From IMG/VR virus record IMGVR_UViG_3300021181_000006, positions 96,001 to 160,000 of that record: a stretch of DNA of 64,000 nucleotides. The stretch is one strand, 5' to 3'. The first letter of the stretch is position 1; every line of letters starts with the position of its first letter. The notes under the pieces were generated by a model. It did no database searches. It was not told the origin of the DNA and was given only the letters and a program-made list of their open reading frames with translations. The DNA is from a virus. Shown here one piece after another: positions 54,510 to 63,859 of the stretch. A program made the translations under genes and the position numbers.

Positions 54510-54782
54510 TTACCAGAGTGCAATTAAGAGCGTTGCTGTAGTATTTGTGCTATAAACTTGCTGTGCACGAACATACAGCACAGTTCCAACTGGTACTGCA
54601 GTAAATAATACAGGAGCCTTATCATTAACGAGCTGCATACTGATATTACCAGCGCCACCTACATAGATAGCACGAGTGACAAATGGCAGTGCTACTGTAT
54701 CACTTTTGGTGATAAGAGCACTATTGCCAGCTGGTGAATTGAGTTGAGGCTGCTGAGAAGAGAAGATATCAGTCATAATCAT
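54510..54782 (-). CDS. head spike base protein (RcGTA Rcc01079-like)
   Basis: SPA....IT.SD...LP..TRAIYVGGAGNI...L......V.F..VPVGTVL.VR..QV..T.TTA..LIALW. Confidence 0.75.
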   Translation of the reverse strand: MIMTDIFSSQQPQLNSPAGNSALITKSDTVALPFVTRAIYVGGAGNISMQLVNDKAPVLFTAVPVGTVLYVRAQQVYSTNTTATLLIALW

Positions 54783-54785
54783 TCC

Positions 54786-55682
54786 TTAGGTAGGGACACC
54801 GTATGAGATAACGATACTACCGCTACCTTGTGTGGATCCATCAGATGTGAGATAAGCAAAGACAAGAGTTTGTGCTGATACATTTGCATCAAGATTCGTA
54901 ATATAATTACCTGCAACTTTAAGATTCGCTGCTCCAGTACCTAAGAATGCAGCAGTATCAGATACATCGCCGATGCTTAAGGTTGGAGCCGATCCATTTA
55001 ATGGTGTAGTCACGAGTACACGAATCTCAAAGATCAGGTTACCACCGGCTACAATGAGAATAGGGCGAGACGATGGATCTGAGTAAGAAAATGGAATAAT
55101 AAACTGTTGTACTGGATCCTGTGGATTACCACCGTCTCCACCAATACCACCTATAGATGGAACATCTGCGATAGTATCTTCTTCTGGAGCAGGCGCAGTA
55201 ATAGGTAAATCAGAGTTAAAGATACCCCAGCCGGAGTCATAATCGTATTCTGATCCAACGCCGCCATAAGAGTCTTGGATGTTAATAGAAACCTTTAAAT
55301 CAGTTTTCTTACGCTCATAATCAGCATCTAAGTATTGGAGCCATTGCGAATATTCACCAATTTTAGCATGATCGTCAGCAGAAGTACCACCATCTTGGCT
55401 TGGTAAATGCTCACGTGAATGCCAGATACCGGCGCTCTTCAGCAACTCAATAGCTGCTTTTCTGATTAATAGATGAGGAGCAGGATGCGTTTGAAGTAGT
55501 ACAGAAGCAATCGGCGGATTACTAATATTCCAATCCCAGAGAGCATCCATAATCGCCTGGCGCACAGACTGATCATCGCTTTCATATTTACCACCAAGTA
55601 GCTTATTCAGCTCCTTCGTATCACGAATATAGAGTCTCGTTCTACGGACAGCTATTTCCATGATCTTTGGGTTATTTTGCAT
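54786..55682 (-). CDS. head completion/adaptor protein (putative) with C-terminal extension
   Basis: context downstream of capsid genes; SD..V.QAI.DAL..WN. Confidence 0.5.
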   Translation of the reverse strand: MQNNPKIMEIAVRRTRLYIRDTKELNKLLGGKYESDDQSVRQAIMDALWDWNISNPPIASVLLQTHPAPHLLIRKAAIELLKSAGIWHSREHLPSQDGGTSADDHAKIGEYSQWLQYLDADYERKKTDLKVSINIQDSYGGVGSEYDYDSGWGIFNSDLPITAPAPEEDTIADVPSIGGIGGDGGNPQDPVQQFIIPFSYSDPSSRPILIVAGGNLIFEIRVLVTTPLNGSAPTLSIGDVSDTAAFLGTGAANLKVAGNYITNLDANVSAQTLVFAYLTSDGSTQGSGSIVISYGVPT

Positions 55683-55721
55683 GAGCGATTTCCCTGCTAC
55701 ATTCTAGCACAAAGCTGAGCT

Positions 55722-55770
55722 AAAAAAAGACCCTTGTAGACTACCCGTCTCTTGGACGGACCTACAAGGG
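55722..55770 (-). terminator. intrinsic terminator
   Basis: cccttgtag/ctacaaggg stem with a T7 run on the minus strand. Confidence 0.7.
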
Positions 55771-55799
55771 CATCAATCTAAAACCAATTATCAATGAAA

Positions 55800-56321
55800 T
55801 CAAACAGTAACGGTTGATTCCGTTGTCTTCGTCGCAGGTGGTGCTGCAGGAGCAGTAACTTTTGGAGTCTTTGGAGTCTTTGGAGTCTTCACTTCAGGAG
55901 TTGGCTTCTCTACAAGAGTAGCCGCATCAACATGATGATGCTCAGGAGCATGCGCTACAGGATGCTTCTCAGCATCAGTGACAGTCGTAGCAACAACATC
56001 CTTAACTTCTGGTGCTGGTGTTGGTTTAGGCGCAGGAACCGTAGAGGGTGCTGACTTAGGCTTTGTTACATCACCAAGTAGTACTGACTGATTCTGAACA
56101 ATAATTTTATCGACCAAAGGAGGCTTCACAAAGGTAGGGGTACGGAGTGCTGGATTAGAGTTATTATCAACTGTAAAAATATCTGGCTTACCATTAAAAT
56201 AGGTTAAAAGCTTCGCAAGATCCTTACCAATAGCATGATAAGATTTTACGGCATTAGGACTGAATTGACCGAAAGGTGACGAAAAGGAACTATTAGTCTT
56301 GTTTGTTACGATTAATGTCAT
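55800..56321 (-). CDS. virion protein with P/T/A/K-rich tail
   Basis: GGAG SD before MTLIVTNK; KTPKTPKTPK repeat. Confidence 0.7.
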   Translation of the reverse strand: MTLIVTNKTNSSFSSPFGQFSPNAVKSYHAIGKDLAKLLTYFNGKPDIFTVDNNSNPALRTPTFVKPPLVDKIIVQNQSVLLGDVTKPKSAPSTVPAPKPTPAPEVKDVVATTVTDAEKHPVAHAPEHHHVDAATLVEKPTPEVKTPKTPKTPKVTAPAAPPATKTTESTVTV

Positions 56322-56368
56322 TATATTCTCCGAAGAGTAGTTTATATAGTTATGGTCAGAGTCAATGG

Positions 56369-56396
56369 AAAAGCCCAGGAATTTCTTCCTGGGCTT
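56369..56396 (-). terminator. terminator after the major capsid gene
   Basis: aagcccagga/tcctgggctt then TT on the minus strand. Confidence 0.6.
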
Positions 56397-56420
56397 CCCT
56401 CCGACTACCAAAAGGACTTA

Positions 56421-57578
56421 TTAGGTCCCAAGGGTAACGGCTGCGGCAGCGTTCAGATTGCCGATTCCGATTGCAATATCTTCCCATGCACGCCATGAGA
56501 TGATATTGAAGTCCTTCTTGATCACAAACTTCGTCTGATTCAGGATGTAGAACTGTCCCAGGAAGCGAGGAGCGGTGAAGGCGTACACAACCTTCAGGCT
56601 TGCTGCTGTGACAGTGAACGTCTCTGCGAGAGATGAGTTTGAGATGGCTTCATTTACCACGATGGAGTTGGCACCAACCGACGCAACCGTCACAGTCAGT
56701 CCGTTATTCTCATGTCCACCTGAGATCACAATCGAGTCACCGCGACCAATTGGCACCAGGTTTGCACCTGAGAAGCTAAAGGTCTTGGTGCTGGCTACTG
56801 CGCCAGTGGTTGTGAGCGTGGTGACTGTTCCGCCTGGAACGTATGCAGCATTCTTGAAGAACATCGAGGTCTTAATCGAGGTGATAACCTTGCGACCCAG
56901 GAAGGTAGCGTAGGTGTATCCGTCGATAGTGACCTTCTCGATCAGATCGTCACCGAGGACGGTATGATCGAATTCCAGGATATCATTCCAGGTTGTGGTT
57001 GACATCAGGAATGTCTCAGCCTTGAGGCGCTGATTCTCAATCAGATTGATAAGGACCTTCAGGGCGCCCTTGCTCAGATCTGGAGTGCTTCCGATGTAGT
57101 TAACCCACATATCGTTGCTCAGAATACCTGCATCGACGTTGGCCAGGAAGCCTGCGTCTTCGATACCCTGAATATCCTTGACCGAGTTCTCTTCAATCAC
57201 CTTGGTGATAGGATAGTCGTAGGCCAGGAGTTCGGTCTCATCCTTCGAGAAGTCCTCGGAGGCGATACGATAGAAAGGCACTGCGTATCTCTTGCCCACA
57301 ACGTAACGACCATCGGGCTCGCCTTGGAAGTTCATTGCCATAGCCTTCGAATCAGGCTCGATGTCAACGATCTTGACGAAACCGTCATTGGTCACGCTGC
57401 GTGTAACGTCAGAACGAGTGACATTCACTGGAGGAAGGATCTGACGAGCAAACGATGTCTCGCGCAGGATCTTTTGGATGTAGGCGCCGCCTACTTCGGC
57501 CAACTTCTCCAGACCTTCGTTGTTGCTAAGAGCATCAACGAATAATCCGTTTAAGATGGAGGCATTATTATCACTCAT
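56421..57578 (-). CDS. major capsid protein (HK97-type, probable) with ~80-aa insertion
   Basis: follows protease/scaffold/decoration genes; strongly biased codons; LRE.SFAR.ILPP...EEN..KDIQ..ED..FL. Confidence 0.8.
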   Translation of the reverse strand: MSDNNASILNGLFVDALSNNEGLEKLAEVGGAYIQKILRETSFARQILPPVNVTRSDVTRSVTNDGFVKIVDIEPDSKAMAMNFQGEPDGRYVVGKRYAVPFYRIASEDFSKDETELLAYDYPITKVIEENSVKDIQGIEDAGFLANVDAGILSNDMWVNYIGSTPDLSKGALKVLINLIENQRLKAETFLMSTTTWNDILEFDHTVLGDDLIEKVTIDGYTYATFLGRKVITSIKTSMFFKNAAYVPGGTVTTLTTTGAVASTKTFSFSGANLVPIGRGDSIVISGGHENNGLTVTVASVGANSIVVNEAISNSSLAETFTVTAASLKVVYAFTAPRFLGQFYILNQTKFVIKKDFNIISWRAWEDIAIGIGNLNAAAAVTLGT

Positions 57579-57620
57579 TTGATGTTATCCTTGTTTAAGT
57601 TTTTGTAGGTAGGTTAGTTA

Positions 57621-58034
57621 TTACTGTAAGGTACGGAACTGAAGGCGTCCAGCAACAAACTGCTCACAGATAGCGACATTGATATCACTACCGGAAGCAA
57701 CGCGAAGACGGAAGCCAACTTGGCCAGCTGCGGCTGAGTCTACTGCGAGGTAATTACCTACTACAGGAGTTCCAACGTAGCCTTCGGTTCCAACGGCGAA
57801 ACGATTCTGTCCGTACTGAACGGTGATAGTCTCTGAACCAACGCTATCAGGACGAGCATTCTCATTACCGAGAACGATGAGCTGAACGGGGCCTACGCCA
57901 CCAGCAGAAGGGGCAATCGCGTTGCCATTAGCATCGCGTGAAACCCAGGTTCCAGATTGTGCGATTGAGGTGCCAGAATATCCAAGGACATTGCGGCGGA
58001 TCTCGTCATAACGTGTTAATACTTCTAAAGCCAT
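57621..58034 (-). CDS. capsid decoration/stabilising protein (putative)
   Basis: 137 aa beta-rich protein immediately upstream of the MCP. Confidence 0.55.
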   Translation of the reverse strand: MALEVLTRYDEIRRNVLGYSGTSIAQSGTWVSRDANGNAIAPSAGGVGPVQLIVLGNENARPDSVGSETITVQYGQNRFAVGTEGYVGTPVVGNYLAVDSAAAGQVGFRLRVASGSDINVAICEQFVAGRLQFRTLQ

Positions 58035-58038
58035 GTGA

Positions 58039-58914
58039 TTAAACTCCTCTACTGAGTAGATATTCTTCTATTAGGTTTGTGGATTCGACTGATGCAGTCT
58101 TGATTGTTCCAAAAGATGTGTAAGTAGCTGGTTCCAAGAGAGATTGACCACGTTCAGGGCTTGTTTTAAGTTCGGCTATCTTTTCGTCTAATTGGTCGAT
58201 ATCGATGATACCTTCCTTTAAGAGTTGGATGGCTAAGTCTTGTGCGTGTGCGGTCTTTTCCTGGTCTTCTAACTTGATTTGAAGTGCTATCTTATCTTGT
58301 TCTAGATTACGGATGAAGCTTGCGGTTTTCAAGAGGACATTTTTATCAACAGCCACTTTAGTCTGCTGCTTATCATGTTCCGTCATTTTCTTATCTCCCG
58401 CTAAAGCTTGCGCCCCTTGATTTAATGCTACTGTAGCAGCAATGGGCACCACAATCTTACCAGCCTTGCGGATGGGTTCAGTAGCTCTATGAGTATCGTG
58501 TCCTTTAGTTGCGAATTCAACCCTGTGTTTATCTTCTTCAGTTAAAGGATGGTTATTCTTGATTTTATCAAGAACTTTATCATCTACAGCGTGTGCATGC
58601 TGTTCGTTTACTTTAAAAGCTTTCCCAACTCCTGGGACCTTACCAAGATGCTTACCAAGATATTCATCGGCTTTATCGATATGCTTGCCAACGTGGTTGT
58701 ATACAGCCCCGCGAACTGTATCAGAGACTACTTTTTTATTCTCTGCATACGTTCTCGCATCTTTCTTACCAGTAGCTTTATGAAAAATCTTCCTAGCTCC
58801 AGCAGCTAAACGACTACCTACACCAATAGCTGCATCAGCAACTAAAGATCCAGTGCCAGCATCTACTGACTGCGCTCTACGGAGCTTATGAAGAAGTTCA
58901 ATCTTAGACGACAT
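58039..58914 (-). CDS. scaffold/internal head protein (putative)
   Basis: C-terminal coiled coil with KTA/KIA motifs. Confidence 0.55.
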   Translation of the reverse strand: MSSKIELLHKLRRAQSVDAGTGSLVADAAIGVGSRLAAGARKIFHKATGKKDARTYAENKKVVSDTVRGAVYNHVGKHIDKADEYLGKHLGKVPGVGKAFKVNEQHAHAVDDKVLDKIKNNHPLTEEDKHRVEFATKGHDTHRATEPIRKAGKIVVPIAATVALNQGAQALAGDKKMTEHDKQQTKVAVDKNVLLKTASFIRNLEQDKIALQIKLEDQEKTAHAQDLAIQLLKEGIIDIDQLDEKIAELKTSPERGQSLLEPATYTSFGTIKTASVESTNLIEEYLLSRGV

Positions 58915-59161
58915 GAGTAATAGCGTCCAGTAATGCCTTCATTTCGGCAATCTTGGCTTGTTTGCTATCACCAGCGGATTTGAACTGCTCCGCTTCTTTA
59001 TCAGCATTACCATTGAAGGCCAATGCTTCTAATAAAGATGCGATCTTACCTGATTCAGTCTCTTCTTTTACTGGAGTAGCTACAGTAGCTACCTTTTCCA
59101 TATCAAGCTTGTGAGACTGCTTCAGAATGGACTCTACGATATCATCGGGAGTTAATTGCAT
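58904..59161 (-). CDS. small head protein (putative)
   Basis: EKVA, GKIA motifs. Confidence 0.6.
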   Translation of the reverse strand: MQLTPDDIVESILKQSHKLDMEKVATVATPVKEETESGKIASLLEALAFNGNADKEAEQFKSAGDSKQAKIAEMKALLDAITHVV

Positions 59162-59211
59162 GGGAACCTCTATCAGATTTTAATCTGTCTATGAGTTATT
59201 ACAAGGTCAAG

Positions 59212-59243
59212 AAAAAAGGGATGTACATAGCGTACATCCCTTT
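59212..59243 (-). terminator. intrinsic terminator
   Basis: aaagggatgtac/gtacatcccttt with a T-run on the minus strand. Confidence 0.75.
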
Positions 59244-59269
59244 CGGACAGTCAGGTCCCTGTAAGAAGA

Positions 59270-59758
59270 TTACTTCTTATTTTTCTTCATCTTGTATGCT
59301 GCGAGTCCACCGACTACTGCTCCAGCACCAGCGGCTGCAGCTGCGGTTGACTTAGGATGAGTCTTAGCAAATTCCTTAGCCTTCTCAGCCCCAGAACGTG
59401 CATGAGCCATACCAGCCGAAGCGCCCTTTGAGGCCTTAGCTTTAGCAGCCATTGCCATCTCTCTGACTCTCTTCAGTCCAGCGCCAGTCTTTTCCTTAAG
59501 TCCAGCCTGCTTCTCCACGGCTTCCTCATAACCTTCAACGATCATGAGAGCAGCAGCAATCTTCTCGTCTTCTGAATCAAATGCGATCTCATCGGCATCG
59601 AATTGGTCAGCGACAGCAGAGATGGCCTCAGCCTTTTCATCAGAGATCTCGACTTCAGCCTCTGAAGTAGTCTCTTCAGCTTCTGCAGTCTTCTCGGTTA
59701 ATCCGGCAGTCTTGACTACTTCAGCGTAGTAAGAAGCTAAATTGAGTTCTTCAGTCAT
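59270..59758 (-). CDS. acidic internal head protein (putative)
   Basis: VKTA, EKTA, EKIA, EKQA; C-terminal Ala/Gly helix and basic tail. Confidence 0.6.
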   Translation of the reverse strand: MTEELNLASYYAEVVKTAGLTEKTAEAEETTSEAEVEISDEKAEAISAVADQFDADEIAFDSEDEKIAAALMIVEGYEEAVEKQAGLKEKTGAGLKRVREMAMAAKAKASKGASAGMAHARSGAEKAKEFAKTHPKSTAAAAAGAGAVVGGLAAYKMKKNKK

Positions 59759-59787
59759 TTTAGTAGTTCCTTGTATAAGTTGTTAAA

Positions 59788-60423
59788 TTAGCCGTTAGTA
59801 GGAAGGTCGGTCTTATTAGTACGGACTTTCTTAAGAGCATTGGCAACAGCTGACATGCCCTTCAGCTCAGTAGTAGCAGGTCCACCCGCATGGGTAGCAT
59901 TGAGCGCTACATCGCGCTTACCAGCACCTGAGTTGTTCTTAGCCTCAGTATAAGCTGCATCCTGAGCGTCAGCGATCTTCTCGCCCATCAGCTCATCAAG
60001 AGTCATACCAAGAGCGGCGGCAGTCTTCTCGACAGCAGCTTCATCGATCTGATCAGCCAGATAAGCGATCTTGGTCTGCTCGGCCACGAGGCCACGTGCA
60101 AACAGACGACCTTGGAATTCGAGTTCCTCAGCGAGCTTCTCAGCCTCTGCGGTCTTCTCTTCCTGCTCACTCATATCCATCAGAGCCTTGAGGGCTTCTG
60201 GATTAGCGGTAAGAGCCTCGGCAACCTTCATCGCCTCAGGCGAGAACTTAGGAGCTTCGGATGTCTTAGCTGCAGCTTCAGCGGCAGTCTTCTCAGCTTC
60301 GGCTTTCTTATCAGCCTCTGCTTTAGCGGCAACAGCGACAGCTGTGGCAGCAGTCTTCTCTGACTCGGCAGGTGTAGTACCAGCAGCGAGCTGAGCGAGA
60401 ACTTGTTCGATAGTCATGGTCAT
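59788..60423 (-). CDS. Ala/Glu-rich scaffold-like head protein (putative)
   Basis: at least seven KTA/KLA/KIA motifs. Confidence 0.6.
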   Translation of the reverse strand: MTMTIEQVLAQLAAGTTPAESEKTAATAVAVAAKAEADKKAEAEKTAAEAAAKTSEAPKFSPEAMKVAEALTANPEALKALMDMSEQEEKTAEAEKLAEELEFQGRLFARGLVAEQTKIAYLADQIDEAAVEKTAAALGMTLDELMGEKIADAQDAAYTEAKNNSGAGKRDVALNATHAGGPATTELKGMSAVANALKKVRTNKTDLPTNG

Positions 60424-62228
60424 TTGTTTTCTCCGTGTTTATTAGAGTTAATTTTTTTTAGGGCTTTATTGATGGCCCACGAGTCGAGAGCGCCACCAAC
60501 GATTGAATGAGGAATGCTGCCTGATAGCGATGTCATAGGTCCAATAACAAAGTTATTTATCAAATCCATCTTACCAAGCTCGGCAGTTTTTTTCAAGCCC
60601 AAGACTGCGGCATTCGCTGCTAACGCCAAAGCACCAGGGTGATCCTTGATCACCTTCTCGATTCCATTGAGATCACGATGTTTTTCTCGCTCAGTAGCGT
60701 AACCGTGTCCAATATAGGGAATAGCAGTTGCTAATAGCATCTTATTTACCATAGACGCATTCGCATGTTTTTCAAATGCTGATTGTGCTACTGATGCCAT
60801 AGCCGTACCGCCTGCAATCGCTGCAGGCAGTGCAATAGGATTTTTATCGATCAGCTTAAAGAATTGATCGATAGTTCCATTGCGAATCGAGGTGCGATAC
60901 TTAGCATACAAGATCGCTAAGAGAGCGCCTAAGGTAATGCCAGCAGGCAACATCTTATTAAATTTTTCATACGAAGAAGCTGCCAGAGATTTCTTGGCCT
61001 TAGCCTGTAACTCATCTGATGGTAAGGCAGCAAGCTTCTCCATACGATTAATGGCGTACAATCCATAGTAAGCGCGCTTCTCAGCATATTTACGTAAATC
61101 ACGTGAAATATCCATATCAATAGAAGCATCCCAGTTAATATCTGAGGCTTCCTTATGGAAATCAGGTGAACGACCCATACGTAATATAATGAGCTTACCC
61201 ATTTCATGGGGCTTAGCGAGAATACCAGATGCTAAAAGATTACTGAGTGCGTTATGTAGAGGTAAATTACCAAGATTATCAAGAGTACTATCTGACAGAT
61301 CATCCTCAAAGCATTCCATCTCTGGACACCCAATAGAATCAGATACTTCTCCGATGGATTTACCACCGGGTATGACTTTCTTGATCTCCGACTTCTTAGC
61401 AAGATCTGCTTCTTTCTCATTATCAATCATGCCATATTCTGCGGCTTTTTCAGCAGAAAACAAGGCTATAACTGAAGCGACTTTCTGGATGCTCCAGCCA
61501 AGAGGATCGGCAGGAATAGTTACCTTTGAGATATCGAAGAAACGAGGCTTTTTATTGATAGCATAGACGCGTCTTCCATCAGGAAGAATCTTACCCATCA
61601 TATTCTTGAGATAGAATCCGTACTCGTTTACAGTTTTATTGAACTTGCCAGTAATCGAGCAGTAGTCGCCAGGAACCTTACATCCCATGCTAAAAGCAAT
61701 AGGAAGTCCTTTTTCAGCACGCATACAGGTATCTGGATCTCCCAGATACTGGATACCATTGATGGTCTCATTAGTGCGATAGACCTCAATAATGAGTTCT
61801 ACACGATGCATAATGAAGTTATATTCAGCTATAATTACTTTACCGAAACGAGGATGACCTTGATCAGGCTTATTCTTATGATGATGATAGAATGAAGCGT
61901 ATAAGAATGTCTTATAACGCTGCATAGCAGGTACACCACCAGGATTCTTAGCGGCCTCTTCCTGATCCTGCATTCCTAAGAGATCTTGCTCTGAGAAATA
62001 ATCTCCATTACGGTTGGGACCATAATAGTCACCAGCCGTCATAGCGATCATATGCAGATATACACAATTCTTATTGAGCTTCGCTGTCTTAGCAAAGTTC
62101 AGAATCGATTCAGGTACATACTTTCCTAAACAAGCAGCGACCTTTTCATTGCTATCTTGGCTCGTTAACTGCCGAATAGCAACTTCACCTTCCGGGGTAA
62201 ATGACTCAATATCTATGACTTTAAACAT
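60420..62228 (-). CDS. prohead maturation protease with long C-terminal extension (probable)
   Basis: YGPNRNGDYF...HHHKN...G.VI...YN..M.RVELII...FSMGCKV..D.CSI. Confidence 0.7.
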   Translation of the reverse strand: MFKVIDIESFTPEGEVAIRQLTSQDSNEKVAACLGKYVPESILNFAKTAKLNKNCVYLHMIAMTAGDYYGPNRNGDYFSEQDLLGMQDQEEAAKNPGGVPAMQRYKTFLYASFYHHHKNKPDQGHPRFGKVIIAEYNFIMHRVELIIEVYRTNETINGIQYLGDPDTCMRAEKGLPIAFSMGCKVPGDYCSITGKFNKTVNEYGFYLKNMMGKILPDGRRVYAINKKPRFFDISKVTIPADPLGWSIQKVASVIALFSAEKAAEYGMIDNEKEADLAKKSEIKKVIPGGKSIGEVSDSIGCPEMECFEDDLSDSTLDNLGNLPLHNALSNLLASGILAKPHEMGKLIILRMGRSPDFHKEASDINWDASIDMDISRDLRKYAEKRAYYGLYAINRMEKLAALPSDELQAKAKKSLAASSYEKFNKMLPAGITLGALLAILYAKYRTSIRNGTIDQFFKLIDKNPIALPAAIAGGTAMASVAQSAFEKHANASMVNKMLLATAIPYIGHGYATEREKHRDLNGIEKVIKDHPGALALAANAAVLGLKKTAELGKMDLINNFVIGPMTSLSGSIPHSIVGGALDSWAINKALKKINSNKHGENK

Positions 62229-62568
62229 TATCGCCCTTTAAAGTCAGTTTCTTACCCTTACGCACCATCTCATGACGGCGAGCCTCTTCACGATCCTGCA
62301 CATCGCCATTGATCTCAACTCGATCTGGTTGATCTTGAAAATCCATACTACCGGCTTGTTTCATGGTTTCGTTGACTTGACCCTTAAGAAATCCTGGTTC
62401 TTTGACAGAACCTGGCTTCTTTTTCGGAACGAAAGCATGAGTTGGAACATCGATAGCATTAATCTTATCATAATCTAAAGTCGTGTCATCTTTTTCGTCT
62501 CTGGTATAACCAGGAGCGCCATCTGCTAACTTCACGATAGCCTGCTCAATAAGTGACATTATCGACAT
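62221..62568 (-). CDS. head-region hypothetical protein
   Basis: VKLA, MKQA motifs. Confidence 0.65.
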   Translation of the reverse strand: MSIMSLIEQAIVKLADGAPGYTRDEKDDTTLDYDKINAIDVPTHAFVPKKKPGSVKEPGFLKGQVNETMKQAGSMDFQDQPDRVEINGDVQDREEARRHEMVRKGKKLTLKGDNV

Positions 62569-62821
62569 ATTTAAATGATTGATCCGTATGGCCGATCTTA
62601 AGATAGTATGGGGAATGTATCTTATTCTTCAAGCGTACCAATACCGCTTCGTCACCAGAGACTGGTAATTTATGATCACCAGCACGTAACTTAATATCGC
62701 ATTGTAATGCAATATTAACCATCTTTATGAGAACAGGATCATTGGATTCAATGTTACCATTGTAATATCCAACTACACGCTCTTCAGTACCTTTTCGCTT
62801 ATAAAAGACGATCATGGACAA
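62546..62821 (-). CDS. hypothetical protein
   Basis: 91 aa ORF in operon. Confidence 0.65.
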   Translation of the reverse strand: MSMIVFYKRKGTEERVVGYYNGNIESNDPVLIKMVNIALQCDIKLRAGDHKLPVSGDEAVLVRLKNKIHSPYYLKIGHTDQSFKYVDNVTY

Positions 62822-63257
62822 TACTGCCTAAAATGAGATGGGCTTTCTTCTCATTTGGCATTAGCTTATCTGTGGCATGGAATGCTGCAAGACCAATAGC
62901 AGATCCAGCAATAGTGCCTAAAATAGTGGAGTTACGTTTATCCACGATATACTTTTTAACCATGTCAGCAAATTTAGCATTCGGTATCGATGCTGTAGCG
63001 AATGCCTCTCCATTCGATAATTTAGCCTTTTGATATGCCTCAGCATATTCCTTGATAACCTCTGGATGTTCTTTTAATAACTTTGAGGTAACCTTTCCAC
63101 TAGCAAACTGACTACCAGCAGCTATTCCACCTATAATGGAACCTTTTAAAAAACCCTTTGATCGTCCTTTTAATGAACGATCACTGGTAGTAGAAGCACC
63201 AACAGCGCCACCAATACCCATAAATGGAAAGAGTTTATTAACGAAAAACGTATGCAT
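62799..63257 (-). CDS. Gly-zipper virion protein (putative)
   Basis: GIGGAVG, GSIIGGIAAG, GTIAGSAIG. Confidence 0.6.
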   Translation of the reverse strand: MHTFFVNKLFPFMGIGGAVGASTTSDRSLKGRSKGFLKGSIIGGIAAGSQFASGKVTSKLLKEHPEVIKEYAEAYQKAKLSNGEAFATASIPNAKFADMVKKYIVDKRNSTILGTIAGSAIGLAAFHATDKLMPNEKKAHLILGSIVHDRLL

Positions 63258-63859
63258 TAGACATTCATCATATCTAAGATACTATTCGTCGCTTTAGCCG
63301 TATCTCCAATAGACTTAATCGCGGTATTACCCACTGACTTCAGACGAGAATCATTCATATTTTTGTCCGCTTCGATCAGTTTAGCCAACATGGTATGATC
63401 GATCATATCGTATTGCGACAACTGCTCTAAAATAGAACCAGCAATGATATGATTCGTCATCAGATTAGGCGCAATATGAAATAACATATTAAAGTGCTCA
63501 GTAGTACGCTTCAGATTCGACTTCAGATCAGGCTTATCTTTCAGAACCTGTTCTAATGACTGCTTTTTCTGTACATGCTTGAGCAGGTATCCACCAACAA
63601 TAACGCTAGGGATAACTCCTAATGCAGCTGCGCCAATCATATTACGCATATTCGTAACATGCGGTAGCGATACTTTGGGAGTAGCGGCTTCCTTCTCCAT
63701 CTCATCGGCTTTTTCTTCTACGAGATTGCAGAACGTAGTAAAATCATCAATAGTTTCGATACCAAGAGCAGCGATCTTCTCCTGAAGAACATCAGCTAAT
63801 GAGTTATCTGCTTTCGCTTCAATCAGTTCATTAATAAGATCAAGATTGTCCGTGCTCAT
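63257..63859 (-). CDS. head-region hypothetical protein
   Basis: EKIA, EKEA then hydrophobic GAAALGVIP..IVGG. Confidence 0.7.
   Translation of the reverse strand: MSTDNLDLINELIEAKADNSLADVLQEKIAALGIETIDDFTTFCNLVEEKADEMEKEAATPKVSLPHVTNMRNMIGAAALGVIPSVIVGGYLLKHVQKKQSLEQVLKDKPDLKSNLKRTTEHFNMLFHIAPNLMTNHIIAGSILEQLSQYDMIDHTMLAKLIEADKNMNDSRLKSVGNTAIKSIGDTAKATNSILDMMNV

Noticed and set aside
55860-55895. Short tandem repeat tttggagtc x3
   Set aside because: Encodes the KTPKTPKTPK low-complexity tail; ordinary coding repeat.
48000-61566. Plus-strand track ORFs opposite the structural genes (e.g. 49296, 56575, 60071, 61189)
   Set aside because: Antisense shadows of strongly codon-biased genes.
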